The translations under genes were made by a program, and so were the position numbers. Below are positions 1-11,663 of a stretch of DNA of 44,600 nt, in pieces. Positions within the stretch are counted from its first letter, which is position 1, and every line of letters begins with the position of its first letter. Source of the stretch: Octopus bimaculoides (lineage: Eukaryota); assembly GCF_001194135.2 (NCBI RefSeq), contig NC_068994.1, positions 33,776,515 to 33,821,114 on the forward strand, written 5' to 3'. The notes under the pieces were generated by a model. It was not told the origin of the DNA. It made no database searches and saw only the letters and a program-made list of their open reading frames with translations.

Positions 1-873
1 TATATATATATATATCACAACCTCTTACTGCTGTTATACTCTCGCGATAACATTAGAAAGCCTATTTCCCAGACGGAAAATTCGGGCCGTAGCATTAACC
101 TCGTCCTCTACCTCATGAAACATCACTGCATTTGCACTCTTGAACAATAAAAACACGCGAACGACAACATCCTAGAAATTTCGATAAGAATAAACGAGTT
201 GCTTTTAGAACCTAAAGCAGTCCACTTTCATAAATATAAATTATTGAGTTTTTTGTGGATATGTTACCAAATATTTAAGCAGCATTGTGGAAAATAAAAA
301 TTTATCGGTCAAGGAAAACGAAGGATCTTGATGCTCATTCGACAAATTATAAATGAGAGTAGGACATTCCAAGAAGTGTATAGGAAGTTTTAGGTTACAG
401 TTTTTAGTTAAATAAACACAAGACTTCATTTTATTTATGCTATGTAATTTCTTTGTTGAAGATTTTGAGTTGAGAATGATACGTCTGCCTTGAAGGAATT
501 TAACGAATTTATAATTAGGGTATCCGTCCATCCATCCATCCATTTAGCTATTTAACAATCTCTTCATGCATATGTAAATATATAAACATACAAATACTTA
601 GACTTATACATATACAATAAAGATACTCGCAAGTGCTATACATTGCTTCCGAATTCCTGCTATTTAAGTTGTTGGTGCTGTTGCTATTGTTGTACCAGTC
701 TCACGTCTGAGGAGATCTGTGATAAAACCTTACAGCCAAGCCATTTCATAGCTTTCTGTGTGTGCGTGTGGGTAGGGGGTATGTGTGAGTGCGTGTGTAT
801 GTATTTATGAATACATATATGTATATGTTTGTGTGTGTGTATATATATGTATATATATATATATATATATACA

Positions 874-1018
874 TACTTTTTTACTTGTTTCAGTCATTTG
901 ACTGTGGTCATTGCTGGAGTACTGCCTTTAGTCGAGCTAATCGACCCCAGGACTTATACTTTGTAAACCTAGTAAATATTATATCGGTCCGTTTTGCCGA
1001 ATCGCTAAGTTACGGAAG
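874..1018 (-). mobile_element. tRNA-derived SINE, 3' half (octopus OR/OK-like family)
   Basis: Reverse complement matches the 3' half of the full copy at 12386-12761 (..TTAGCGATTCGGCAAAACGGACCGATA...TAAAGGCAGTACTCCAGCAATGACCACAGTCAAATGACTGAAACAAGTAAAAAAG). Confidence 0.85.
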
Positions 1019-2985
1019 TGGTGGAAGTTGACTAAATATTATTTTAATATTACAAACTCTGGATAGCGAAACAATCCATCTTGCCTAGATAAAACCTTTC
1101 CTTTAATTTCATCTCCGTTATTTTATTTTAATTCCGAAGTTTGGATGACAGAGAATAAAAAGGAGTTAATATACTATATATAATGATTATCGCTGCAGTA
1201 ATGATTATAAATAAATTGTACACTCGACAACATATCTAACATTACGAAAAAAATTAATGTAAAAAAGAAACAACTTTTTTTTTTTTGGTAACACAATGAC
1301 GAATGACACAAGCATTTTAGCATAATGGAGAGGTTGAAAGCCTATACATTGACACCAAAATAACATTAGATTTGTAGACAGTTACGTACCATTTTTCACT
1401 CAGTTGACGCTTTATTTGTCATTGCTTATATCCAATCATAAATCCACACAATTGAACTTCATTCAAATGGAACTTTATTCAAATTAAGACGCTGTTTCCT
1501 CAGAGCTGATACGAAAACATGTACAATCTCAAGTATCGGCTGTAAGCAAACATCAGGGCAGCCATTTTTGTATATAAATACATGTTTAATAGACCGTATC
1601 ACGAACATGTTTCCTTTTCAAACTGCATTCATTCAAATAACACCATTTAACAATGTTTACCATTGATTAGATTTGTCTATACCATTATATGTCCAACAAG
1701 AGGCTTTAATTTCAGCTCAGTCTTATAATTTTTTCCCAAAAGCGGAAATGATAATTCTAAGCATAAAAAATATTTTTTCATATGACCATGATGTTACAGT
1801 TCCGATTGTAAATTTTAACGACATAACGCCCAAAATATGAATATAAACAGACAAAAAGAAAATGAAAAAACTGGCAAGTCTGAAAACATTATAAAAATTT
1901 TCAGATAGCATATTTGCTTGCATGCAATGTTGTTTTTCGAACATAACGAATCCTTAGAGCTCATCTAAGTTTTCAGTTTTGATATTTTCTTCATAAAATA
2001 TGAAAAGTCAGGAATTATTTAACAGTTGATATCATAGCATTAAATTATATCAGCAGTAATTTTCGGTCGCAGAATGTTTTTAAGTATTTGAAGAATCTAA
2101 CCGAACATTTTAATTTCTTAAATCAATTCAATTTAAGAACAAAATGAAACATTTATCGACACTGTATTTACATGGGAATTTTCTTAACCATTTCAGTTAA
2201 TGTTCTTAATTCAGACAGTCTCAAATGTATGCTAGATTCGCTTTGGTAGTCTGCAATACACACATTTAATAGTTTTTTTTTTGTTGTTTGCTTCTATAAA
2301 TTTCCTCGTAGAATTAGTTCATTTTGCGATGTGTATGTACGTAGGCACATACGTACGTGTGCATGTGTATGTACGTACGTGTGAGTGTGTGTGCGTGCGT
2401 GCGTGTGCGTGTATGCGTGTGTGCATGTGTGAGTGTATGAGTTATATACGTATGTATGCATTATTTCCGATGCATTTATGTTTGTAAGTATAAACATATT
2501 TATATGTACACATACATACGCATTTACATACAAATTTATATACGTTTATATAAAGGTGTATGTGCGTGTATAGATATATAGATATGAATTTATGTATGCA
2601 TGCATGTATGTATGTATGTGTATAAGTATGCATTTTACATTTATGTACGCGTGTAATTAAGAAAAAGGACGGTAGTTTTCTGGATCAAATGTCGCATTTA
2701 ACGGGTATGCGGTTGCTTTTGGATCTTCAAACTTTTAGTTTTAATTCACAACTTTCGAGTTTTAATAATTTCTTCGGCGATACGTACCCTGGTAAAATTA
2801 ATTTAGAATGAATATTCGAATAATCTAGAATCAAATGCCATTCCCGTGTGACCTAGCTTCATGTCATTTCTCCCGAGAGAGAGAGTCTCCTTGTAAGAAG
2901 TAAGCATATGTACTGGGCGGGTGACGTTGGGAAGATTTAACTTAAATGACACCATGTTTCTTCTTTCAGAATGATAAGGACAGAT

Positions 2986-3315
2986 GTATGTATGTATGTA
3001 TGTATGTATGTATGTACGTACGTATGTACGTATGTACGTATGTATGTACGTATGTATGTATGTATGTATTATGTATGCATGCATGTATGTATATATTTGT
3101 ATGCATGTATGCATGTATGTTTGTAAGTATGTATGCATGTATGTATGAATGTGTATGTCTACATGCATGTATATTTGCATATGCTCATGCATATGCATAT
3201 TTATGTATGTCTATATGTATATATATGTAACTGTGTTCATTATATATATGTATAAACACAGACACATTACATACGCATCTATATGCATATATGTATGTAT
3301 ATGTATGTATGTATG

Positions 3316-3380
<65 letters not shown>
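2986..3380. repeat. compound microsatellite (TATG/TACG)n-(TA)n-(CA)n
   Basis: Seen directly in sequence. Confidence 0.95.
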
Positions 3381-3385
<5 letters not shown>

Positions 3386-4021
3386 TATAAATGCGTTCCA
3401 CTATGCGTGTAGCTGTGTGTATGGTGTATGCGCGAGCGAGTGTTAATTGATTAACGTTTAGCTACGGAATAGAAATCAGAAGAAACTGACAAAGCAAAAA
3501 TAAAAATAAAGTGAATGGTTGATTATAGTTTTTTTGTGTGATGTGAGCAAAAATAAGACGTCTGAAAATTTCCGGAACGCTGAATAAAAGACAGAACGTG
3601 AAATGACATCTCGAAGTAAGAAAAAAAACCCCGACAATCTTTTTATTTGTGATGGCTAAATAAATGAATGGATATAGTGTGCTTAAGTGCCATTGATATT
3701 TTAGTGTGTTAATCAGAGGCGAATGTGTAGTGTCCTTCTTACTTTTCTCAGCCTGCGAGTGAGTTAGAAAGGGGAGATAAATGCCTCAAATGTTTTCAGT
3801 AGAGTAATTCTCTGGTAAGCACACATTGTGGAGGTGCTAAGCTGGATGATAGATTTAAGCTTACCGCTTAATATGTTGTTGTGGCTGTTTCGCTACAGTT
3901 GTCGGAGTTTAATGAATAAATCATGTATAGAAAAACCACGATAGTCATGACAATTTCGCACCCCCCGCACCCGATTTTTTTTTTTCCAATAGTAGGGAGT
4001 AATATTCTGCAATGCTTGCAG

Positions 4022-4090
4022 GTTTCAATGTAGACAGCGCAGTGCTCGATTTACAAGGTTGGGGAGCCACGTACAAGTCATTCTCTGTGT
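4022..4090 (+). CDS. candidate coding exon (GFNVDSAVLDLQGWGATYKSFSV), unknown gene
   Basis: TTGCAG|...|GTAAGT, 69 nt, open frame; an in-frame ATG at 4012 follows a strong poly-T acceptor. No family recognised. Confidence 0.2.
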
Positions 4091-4216
4091 GTAAGTGTGT
4101 ACGTGCACACATATGCCCCAGTTTCTTTTCATATATTGTAAAATTTTCATGCCGTATGGGACGATAAAACAAAAGCAAATAAAAATTTCAAAACATAATA
4201 ATACTAATACTGATAC

Positions 4217-4278
<62 letters not shown>

Positions 4279-4280
4279 GT

Positions 4281-4345
4281 TTCAAATTTTGGCACTAGGC
4301 CAGTAATTTCGGGGTAGGGAAAGTCAACTATATCGACCCCAGCTC
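4281..4345 (-). mobile_element. SINE 3' fragment (GTCGAT-rich family) between (AAT)n and (ATT)n tracts
   Basis: TTCAAATTTTGGCACTAGGCCAG...TATATCGACCCCAG matches the left ends of the copies at 36658 and 38801. Confidence 0.75.
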
Positions 4346-4355
4346 TCCGTCTTAT

Positions 4356-4387
<32 letters not shown>

Positions 4388-4429
4388 TTCATTATTATCA
4401 TTATTATTGTTATTGTTATTATTATTGTG

Positions 4430-4462
<33 letters not shown>

Positions 4463-4478
4463 ATTGTTGTTAATAATA

Positions 4479-4521
<43 letters not shown>

Positions 4522-4534
4522 TAATAAAATGTCC

Positions 4535-5064
4535 TGATGCAGTACCAGGCACTGGCTCTCATGGCTTCTGATCTTAAATGATCGGAAGTGTTATCATGTA
4601 CACGTTTTGTTTCACTATAAAAGATGGGCTACAACAAATATTCTGCTCAATAGCACAGATTTGCTTGTCAGTTGCTTGACCGTAACCAGTTGAGCATGTC
4701 CCTTAGTGGCTGACGATATGTGCATCTCTGATCACGAGCAGAATTAGTGGGGGGACATCATAGCCAAGTTTTGAGAAGAATTCTTTGGAGTTTAAATAAC
4801 TCACCTCTGGAAATATAGGTGTTTCGTTCAACATCCTTAAACAACACTTGTTCAAGGACCTTTTGAACGGGATGGGCTACTCGACCTGAAGAAAATTCTA
4901 ACATGTGCTATTTATGTTGATATGATATCACCATGTCATGCACATATGGTTGTGATGCATGTGCCTGGTGTACACTTATCAGACGGGTAATCATGTTGGG
5001 TATACTGGGCATCGTATATTTGTACCCCAGTATCACTTTGATGGTATGCACTGCTCTCTCACTC

Positions 5065-5106
<42 letters not shown>
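4535..5106 (+). mobile_element. retroposon 3' end (SINE or RTE-like LINE tail) ending in (AAT)n
   Basis: About 530 bp of non-simple sequence ending GCACTGCTCTCTCACTC followed directly by (AAT)n at 5065-5106. Resembles a common octopus interspersed repeat (from memory). Short tandem-repeat tails are typical of RTE-clade elements. Confidence 0.6.
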
Positions 5107-5461
5107 TATAATAAAAGTAATAATGAATTGATTACTAATTGGTAATGATTAGAATATTGTAATGAAATGTATTTTAAAGATCTGACTGGTAATTAGAAAT
5201 ATAATATTGAGTTGTGGGAGACAAAGAACAACCAAACTGGTTTACAAAAAAGACATTTAGAGGGAGTTAATAGAATAGAAATTGGCACTCAGTTTTGTAT
5301 TTGTTGGACAATAGAGGAATTGTCGAACTGAATGAGCGGAGTTTCAGAAAAACAAAATATATTCTTGATAAAGAATTTTAGAAAGCATATGTCTAACTGG
5401 CAAAGACAATCGGTTTCAATCAATGAAATTTCCTTTAATTTAAAATATGTCCAGATGCAGC

Positions 5462-5508
<47 letters not shown>

Positions 5509-5679
5509 ATATATCTTATATATATATATATATATTTGTATATACGCATGTATATATGCATTTATGTTGCAGTGTGTGTGTGGTGGTGATGATGCTGGTG
5601 TGGTGGGGGTAGTGACATTGAAAAAGCTTCAAATGAAATTCTTTGATAGTGTGTCTATACATTTGGGAACTTATAGACA

Positions 5680-5810
5680 AACCGGAAATAATGTTTCAGT
5701 GAACGGGAAATTATCTCGCCACGATCGGAAATAAGGTTTCAAAACCGGAAGTGATATATTTAGTTGCAGGAAATACTGTTTACAATAACCGGAAGTAAGG
5801 TAACAGGAAT
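5680..5810 (+). promoter_or_regulatory. phased homotypic cluster of ETS-type (C/A)GGAA(G/A)T cores
   Basis: GGAA cores start at 5684, 5706, 5727, 5747, 5769, 5791 (spacing 22, 21, 20, 22, 22); two are perfect ACCGGAAGT. Confidence 0.4.
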
Positions 5811-5964
5811 TGGAATCATCCAATCTGTCCAATACATCGTTTCCTCTTTCATCTCTACATATTCTTTGATGTCATTATAGTTTTAAGATAATGACAACAC
5901 CTTGTCAATAGACATTTTCCAAAGCCCTTCCAGAAATATATTATAACAAAACAAAAATGGTTAA

Positions 5965-6194
5965 TCTTTCTTTCTGCTTTTCTTTCTGTTTTTCTTTCTT
6001 TCTTTGAATTTTTTTAATTTTCATTCTTTGAATTCTTTCTTTGCTTTGTTTCCTCTGATTCCTTCTAATCTTTCCGTAATTCTTCCTTTCTGTTTTCATT
6101 CGAGGTTTCACTTCTTTTCTTTCACTCTATCACATTGTTCTTTTCGTTCTTTCACTCTTTCTTTCTGTTTTTCCTTTTACTTTCTTTCTTTCTT

Positions 6195-6227
<33 letters not shown>

Positions 6228-6574
6228 ATTTCTTTATTTATTTATTCATTTCGTTTTTTCTTTCTTTTCTCTTTCTTCCTTTTCTCTTTCTTTCTTTTCT
6301 CTTTCTTTCTTTCTTCCTTCCTTTCCTTCTTTCTCATTGATTCCTGTCTGTACTATCTTTTTCTTTCATGTTTTCTTTATCTTTGGTATTTTTTACCATT
6401 CTCTTCTTTCGTTCGTTCCTTTCTTTCTTTCTTTCTTTCCTTCTGCCTTCTTTTCCATCTTTCTAATTGTCTTCCTTTCTCTACCAACCCCTTTCTCTCA
6501 TTTTCTTCTTTATGTTTGGTATTTTTGACTATTTTCTTTCCTTCTTCCTTCCTTCCTTTCTTTCTTTCTTTCAT

Positions 6575-6606
<32 letters not shown>

Positions 6607-6615
6607 TTATCACTT
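5965..6615. repeat. long degenerate polypyrimidine (CTTT/TTTC)n tract
   Basis: Seen directly; explains the F/S/L-rich ORFs. Confidence 0.9.
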
Positions 6616-7274
6616 CCTTATTATGTTATTTTGTTGTGTGTATATTCTTGACATGATTTTGAATTATGGGTGTTGTTGTTATTGTGGTTGTGGTTGTTGT
6701 TGTTGTTGTTGGTGTTAGTTGATTGTCAGTTGGTTGTGATATGGTTTAAGTTGTTATATACAGACACGTGATAAATGGAACCAACTGCATATTCAGGCCG
6801 GAAGTAGTTTTGAAGCGGGAGAAGTTGGTAATAGCTGCAAGAGAAATAGGCATCGTTTATTTTTGGTGGTCGATGTGAGATATATATATATATATATATA
6901 TATANNNNNNNNNNNNNNNNNNNNNNNNNNNNNNNNNNNNNNNNNNNNNNNNNNNNNNNNNNNNNNNNNNNNNNNNNNNNNNNNNNNNNNNNNNNNNNNN
7001 NNNNNNNNNNNNNNNNNNNNNNNNNNNNNNNNNNNNNNNNNNNNNNNNNNNNNNNNNNNNNNNNNNNNNNNNNNNNNNNNNNNNNNNNNNNNNNNNNAAT
7101 ACGTAATGGTTAAATACAAATTGACAAAGTTCCCCCAATCCGGCATTAGTTATCTCAATTCGGTTATAAATTGTATTTGCAAGCTGTGAGTTTTTAAGGT
7201 ATATATCTCAATCTAGCTTTGAGCTTCTGCCACGGACATTTGTTGACATAGAGCGTTAACACAACTTTATAACT

Positions 7275-7307
<33 letters not shown>

Positions 7308-7539
7308 CACACGCTTATGTATACATATATTTTTCAGAAAAACGGAGAAAGATAAAACTGGGAGCAATAAAATAAGGCTCGACTCTAGTATTACTCGCAC
7401 TCACATGGGTTTATATTATATTTTATCGACCTCAGTTGCATGAAACGTTAAGTCGATTGTGCGGGGAGATTGAAGTCAAAACAGAGACACAGCACAGGGC
7501 ATTTTGTCTCGCTCTCTACAAAATGCTACTGCTACTGCA

Positions 7540-7591
<52 letters not shown>

Positions 7592-8262
7592 TCACCACCG
7601 ATAGTCGTCGTCGTCGTGACGTTGACGGCGTTGACGGTCACGATGATGACAATCCTGATGCTGAGGCTATTGATGATGATTACTTCCTTTACTGAAAGTA
7701 TTTGAGCTTGAATCACCAACTATTCTAACAATGAGAGAGAAAAGGAGAGAGAGAGAGAGAGAGTGAGAGATGGAGAGAGAGAGAAAGAGAAATCAAGAGT
7801 AAGAGAGATGGCGATTGTTAAACAGATAAAGCTATGTGTTACAGCGTAGACAAATACAGGTGTAGCAAATACCATACAATATAATTCTTGAGTCATTAAA
7901 AATACTTCCGCCTGAAGAGGTTATAGCTTAATTCCCAAATGGCATTTCAAGATTGACTCCACTTGAGAAGAGAAATACAATCACTACACTGTATTAAATT
8001 TTCCAGAGATCATTCAGAAGTTGTTACACACGGAAAGAGCGCAATGGTTACATACTTCACATCGGAGAAAGGTGTGTAGGTTCTATATAGGCATAAGCTA
8101 AGCAATTCTAAGGTAAGAGGTTCAATAGATTACATCGACACTAATACACGACTGGAACTTATTTTACTGGTTCTTGAGAGATGAAACGCAAAGTTGACGT
8201 CGGTGCCATATGAACTTAGAACGTCAAGTTACGGCACAAAAGCTTCAAAATGCTACAAGACA

Positions 8263-8630
8263 TCTAATGACTCCCTCAGTTCTAAAATTCATAAGAAACC
8301 ATTACGATTTTACTGGTATTTTGCATGTTAAATTTCTATATATACATCGCATCTTAGTTCACTGTAATAATTATGTTTAACGTTTGAAAACTAGCTTAGT
8401 TTTAATTTAATTTTTCTTCCAGAACCCTAGCACTAAGCCCATAAAAGATATGTCCGAAGCTCTAACGATTCCTTCATTTCTAAAATTCATACAAAACCAT
8501 TACGATTTTACTGGCATTTTACATGATAAATTTCTATGTACACATCACATTAGTTCACTTCAAAAACGCCTGTTTCACATTTCAAAACTAGCTTATTTTT
8601 ACTTTATTTTTTTTGCAGATTCCTAGCACC
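8263..8630 (+). repeat. diverged ~198-bp tandem duplication
   Basis: TTCTAAAATTCATA..AAACCATTACGATTTTACTGG at 8280 and 8478; both copies end in pyrimidine tract-CAG-A(A/T)(C/T)CCTAGCAC. Confidence 0.85.
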
Positions 8631-8732
8631 AAACCCTAGCTCTCGTAAGACTGGTTACCTGGTTTCTTTGGTGTATAGACACCGATATCACAAAATTCCT
8701 CCTGAACTGGCCGCCGAATCCGTTGCTAGCTT

Positions 8733-9422
8733 CAAGGCAAGTAATTTTTGAAAGTAAAGGAGAAGTCTATTATATCGACCCCACTACCTGATAGGAACTA
8801 TATTTTACCAACCAGAAGAGAACAGGAGAGTATAACTCGGCGGGATTTGAACTGAGAACGGACGAAGTACCTTCAAACGGTATCCGACTTTATTTTTTCC
8901 TGCCAAATCTAATGCCGCGTGAGCAATAACCTATGGATGAGGATGATGCCACCCTTCCTGTGCAAGCGTGCTGGTAGGTCATGTCATTTCTCGGCTGTTG
9001 AGCCAAAAGTACGATCATCTTGTGCACGATTGTCGTATTTTTGATTTCATGCAAGATGACAGAACGCATCGTGCAAAGGCCATAAGCTCATGTCACATCA
9101 CTACTGATGGTGGTCTTCATGAAATCTGAGTAGTCCTTTACGTAGTCCAGCATGCCCTGACCGATTTCCACTCGGAGTTGCTTCTGCTGCTTCGCCAACC
9201 GGGAACTGACGCGGCCTAACGGTGCGAAAATTTTCAGGCATGCTCAGGAAGGATGGTGTCACTTACCACCCAACGGATATTGCCCATGTGGCATTAGTTT
9301 TAGCCGAAAAAAAACAAAAAAACATTTTAAGATACTTTCTGAACGGACCTCGCAAAGAGCTGGAAGAAATGCCGTTAAGCATTTTGTCCGACTTTCTAAT
9401 GATCCTGTCAGTTCTTCGCTTA
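8733..9422 (-). mobile_element. degraded tRNA-derived SINE split by a mariner insertion
   Basis: 8733-8860 matches the SINE body up to ...GGATTTGAACTGAGAACG; 9355-9422 continues with AAGAGCTGGAAGAAATGCCGTTAAGCATTTTGTCCG, collinear with intact copies (13210-13363, 38801-39020). Confidence 0.75.
8861..9354 (-). mobile_element. non-autonomous mariner (internally deleted, MITE-like) with ~110-bp diverged inverted ends and a transposase remnant
   Basis: Left end ACGAAGTACCTTCAAACGGTATCCGAC..GCCAAATCTAATGCCGCGTGAGCAATA is the inverted counterpart of right end TATTGCCCATGTGGCATTAGTTTTAGCC...GATACTTTCTGAACGGACCTCGCA. Minus-strand 9079-9192 translates KQQKQLRVEIGQGMLDYVKDYSDFMKTTISSDVT*AYG, resembling the mariner 'F..IITGDETWVYGYD' region. 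Confidence 0.85.
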
Positions 9423-9879
9423 GCTTGGCTAGCTATAAATAAAAGCTGTCTTTCAATTTCATTTTTAAAGGTATATATTCTTAGCCCAGTGATAGTGTTA
9501 GTCTATGCTTCCGATATTCAATCGTTGTCGTCGCCGATCATATGACACCTACTTCGATATAAATAGTACCTATTAGATAACGAATAAGATAGTGAATCAG
9601 AACATCGAAATTTCATTTTAAATCAATCACGATGAAATACAAAGAACACAAAGCAAAAAAAAAAAAAAAAAAAAAGCACAAACATAACTCAGAAATATGT
9701 GAAATGGTTAAAGAGTATTTTTCCTATAACCTCTTACATCAAAGACACATATAGAGACAATACATGCATATATATGTAGAGAGAGAGAGAAAGAGAGATA
9801 GAGGAGGGAGAGGGAGTGAGAGAGAGAAAAAAACATATACATGCGTATGTATATGTATGCGCATCTATACATACATACG

Positions 9880-9910
<31 letters not shown>

Positions 9911-10799
9911 GTATATATATANNNNNNNNNNGTGTATGCATGTATATATATATATATATATTTCTGTAAATTTCAACTGTATATATACATGTGTGTGTAT
10001 GTGCGTGTGTGTGTATGTATGTGTGTACGTATACAGGGTAGAAATGTAATGTATTCAGGACTCCACACGAACGCCTGGTTATCCACACTCTCAACTGGAA
10101 GTTAAGAAAAGATGCTACATTTAACAAGACATATTACGTAATCTTTAACATGGAATTACATGCAAATGGTTTGAAATGGAGTCGTATAGAACAAATGTAA
10201 CGAATATTGAAATTGTTAAATCTATCCTTAATCTTCATATTTATCTTATATATGAATACATACATACATACATACATACATACATACATGAATACTTACA
10301 TACATACATACATGCTTACGTACACACGTAAATACATAATTTTAAGTGGGTATAGATGTTACCTTTTGGTATTAATACGACTTCTGTTGCTATTTATTAA
10401 TTTTTAATAAACTCACTGGATATTTGCGACACTAGTGCCAGATTAGGCATTGAGACTGCACGTATATCGCTGACGAAGGAACCGCTGTTGTCTCTAGCTA
10501 GGGGGTGTCTATCATTGACAAGGCCAAGGAAGGCCGAAATCACGTGAAGGCCGAAATCACATTTCTGAAGGTGATAGTGGACGATTATCTTCCGATGGCG
10601 ATATAAACAGGAGTGGCTTTATGCACAACGACTCCATAATTCTATGTTCCAATAAAACATCCACTTTTAAGTGGCTTTCAATGTTACCTATACACATGCA
10701 CGCGCACCTTCGTTTTGGGATCACCACTACTTTATTATCTTCCCTTCTCCCTAGCTCTCCTGTGTGACTCTTCTGTCCGGCATTCGTCATGATAGATCA

Positions 10800-10940
10800 C
10801 TAGCCACTACACATTCTTTATTTTCTCTCCTTGTTTCTTTCTGTGTTCCTTTCTGTGGAAGAGCGTAGGCTCGAAACGTTAAAGACTTTTTCACTTCCAG
10901 AGCGTTAAACTAATACATCTGTTTCTTGTCTACACTACCT
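10800..10940 (+). mobile_element. Penelope-like retroelement terminal fragment with minimal hammerhead-like motif
   Basis: CTTT-CTGTGGA-A-GAGC gtag GCTC-GAAACGTT-AAAG at 10849-10884, in pyrimidine-rich context typical of PLE terminal repeats. Confidence 0.6.
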
Positions 10941-11663
10941 NNNNNNNNNNNNNNNNNNNNNNNNNNNNNNNNNNNNNNNNNNNNNNNNNNNNNNNNNNNN
11001 NNNNNNNNNNNNNNNNNNNNNNNNNNNNNNNNNNNNNNNNNNNNNNNNNNNNNNNNNNNNNNNNNNNNNNNNNNNNNNNNNNNNNNNNNNNNNNNNNNNN
11101 NNNNNNNNNNNNNNNNNNNNNNNNNNNNNNNNNNNNNNNNNNNNNNNNNNNNNNNNNNNNNNNNNNNNNNNNNNNNNNNNNNNNNNNNNNNNNNNNNNNN
11201 NNNNNNNNNNNNNNNNNNNNNNNNNNNNNNNNNNNNNNNNNNNNNNNNNNNNNNNNNNNNNNNNNNNNNNNNNNNNNNNNNNNNNNNNNNNATATATATA
11301 TATATATATATATACTCCACAGCATGGCCGCAGCGTAAAGGATATGTATACATTTATATATACATATGTACATGGTTATATACGTACATACGTACATATG
11401 TGTGTGTGTGTGTGTGTATGTGTGTGTGTGTATGCGTGTGTGTGTGTGTGTGTGTGTGTATGTCCAAAAGTGAGGGAATGGAATAGATAAAACCCAGGTT
11501 ACATATGTCTCATGGCTAACGGTGCCTCGCCTCGAAAGAATAAATTATCCAAACGAAGTGCCGCCTGGATTTTATCTACTCCTTTCTCTAATTTTGGGAT
11601 GTTTATTCGCATATACAACAACCTCTGTTGCTAACCGTGAACTATAAAACTAACTTCTTTCAG

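Noticed and set aside
1723-1944. Hydrophobic 73-aa ORF suggesting a membrane protein
   Set aside because: Hydrophobicity follows from T-richness; no splice or family evidence.
3752-3814. Coding exon with strong splice signals
   Set aside because: All three frames contain stops; at most a UTR exon or microexon, unsupported.
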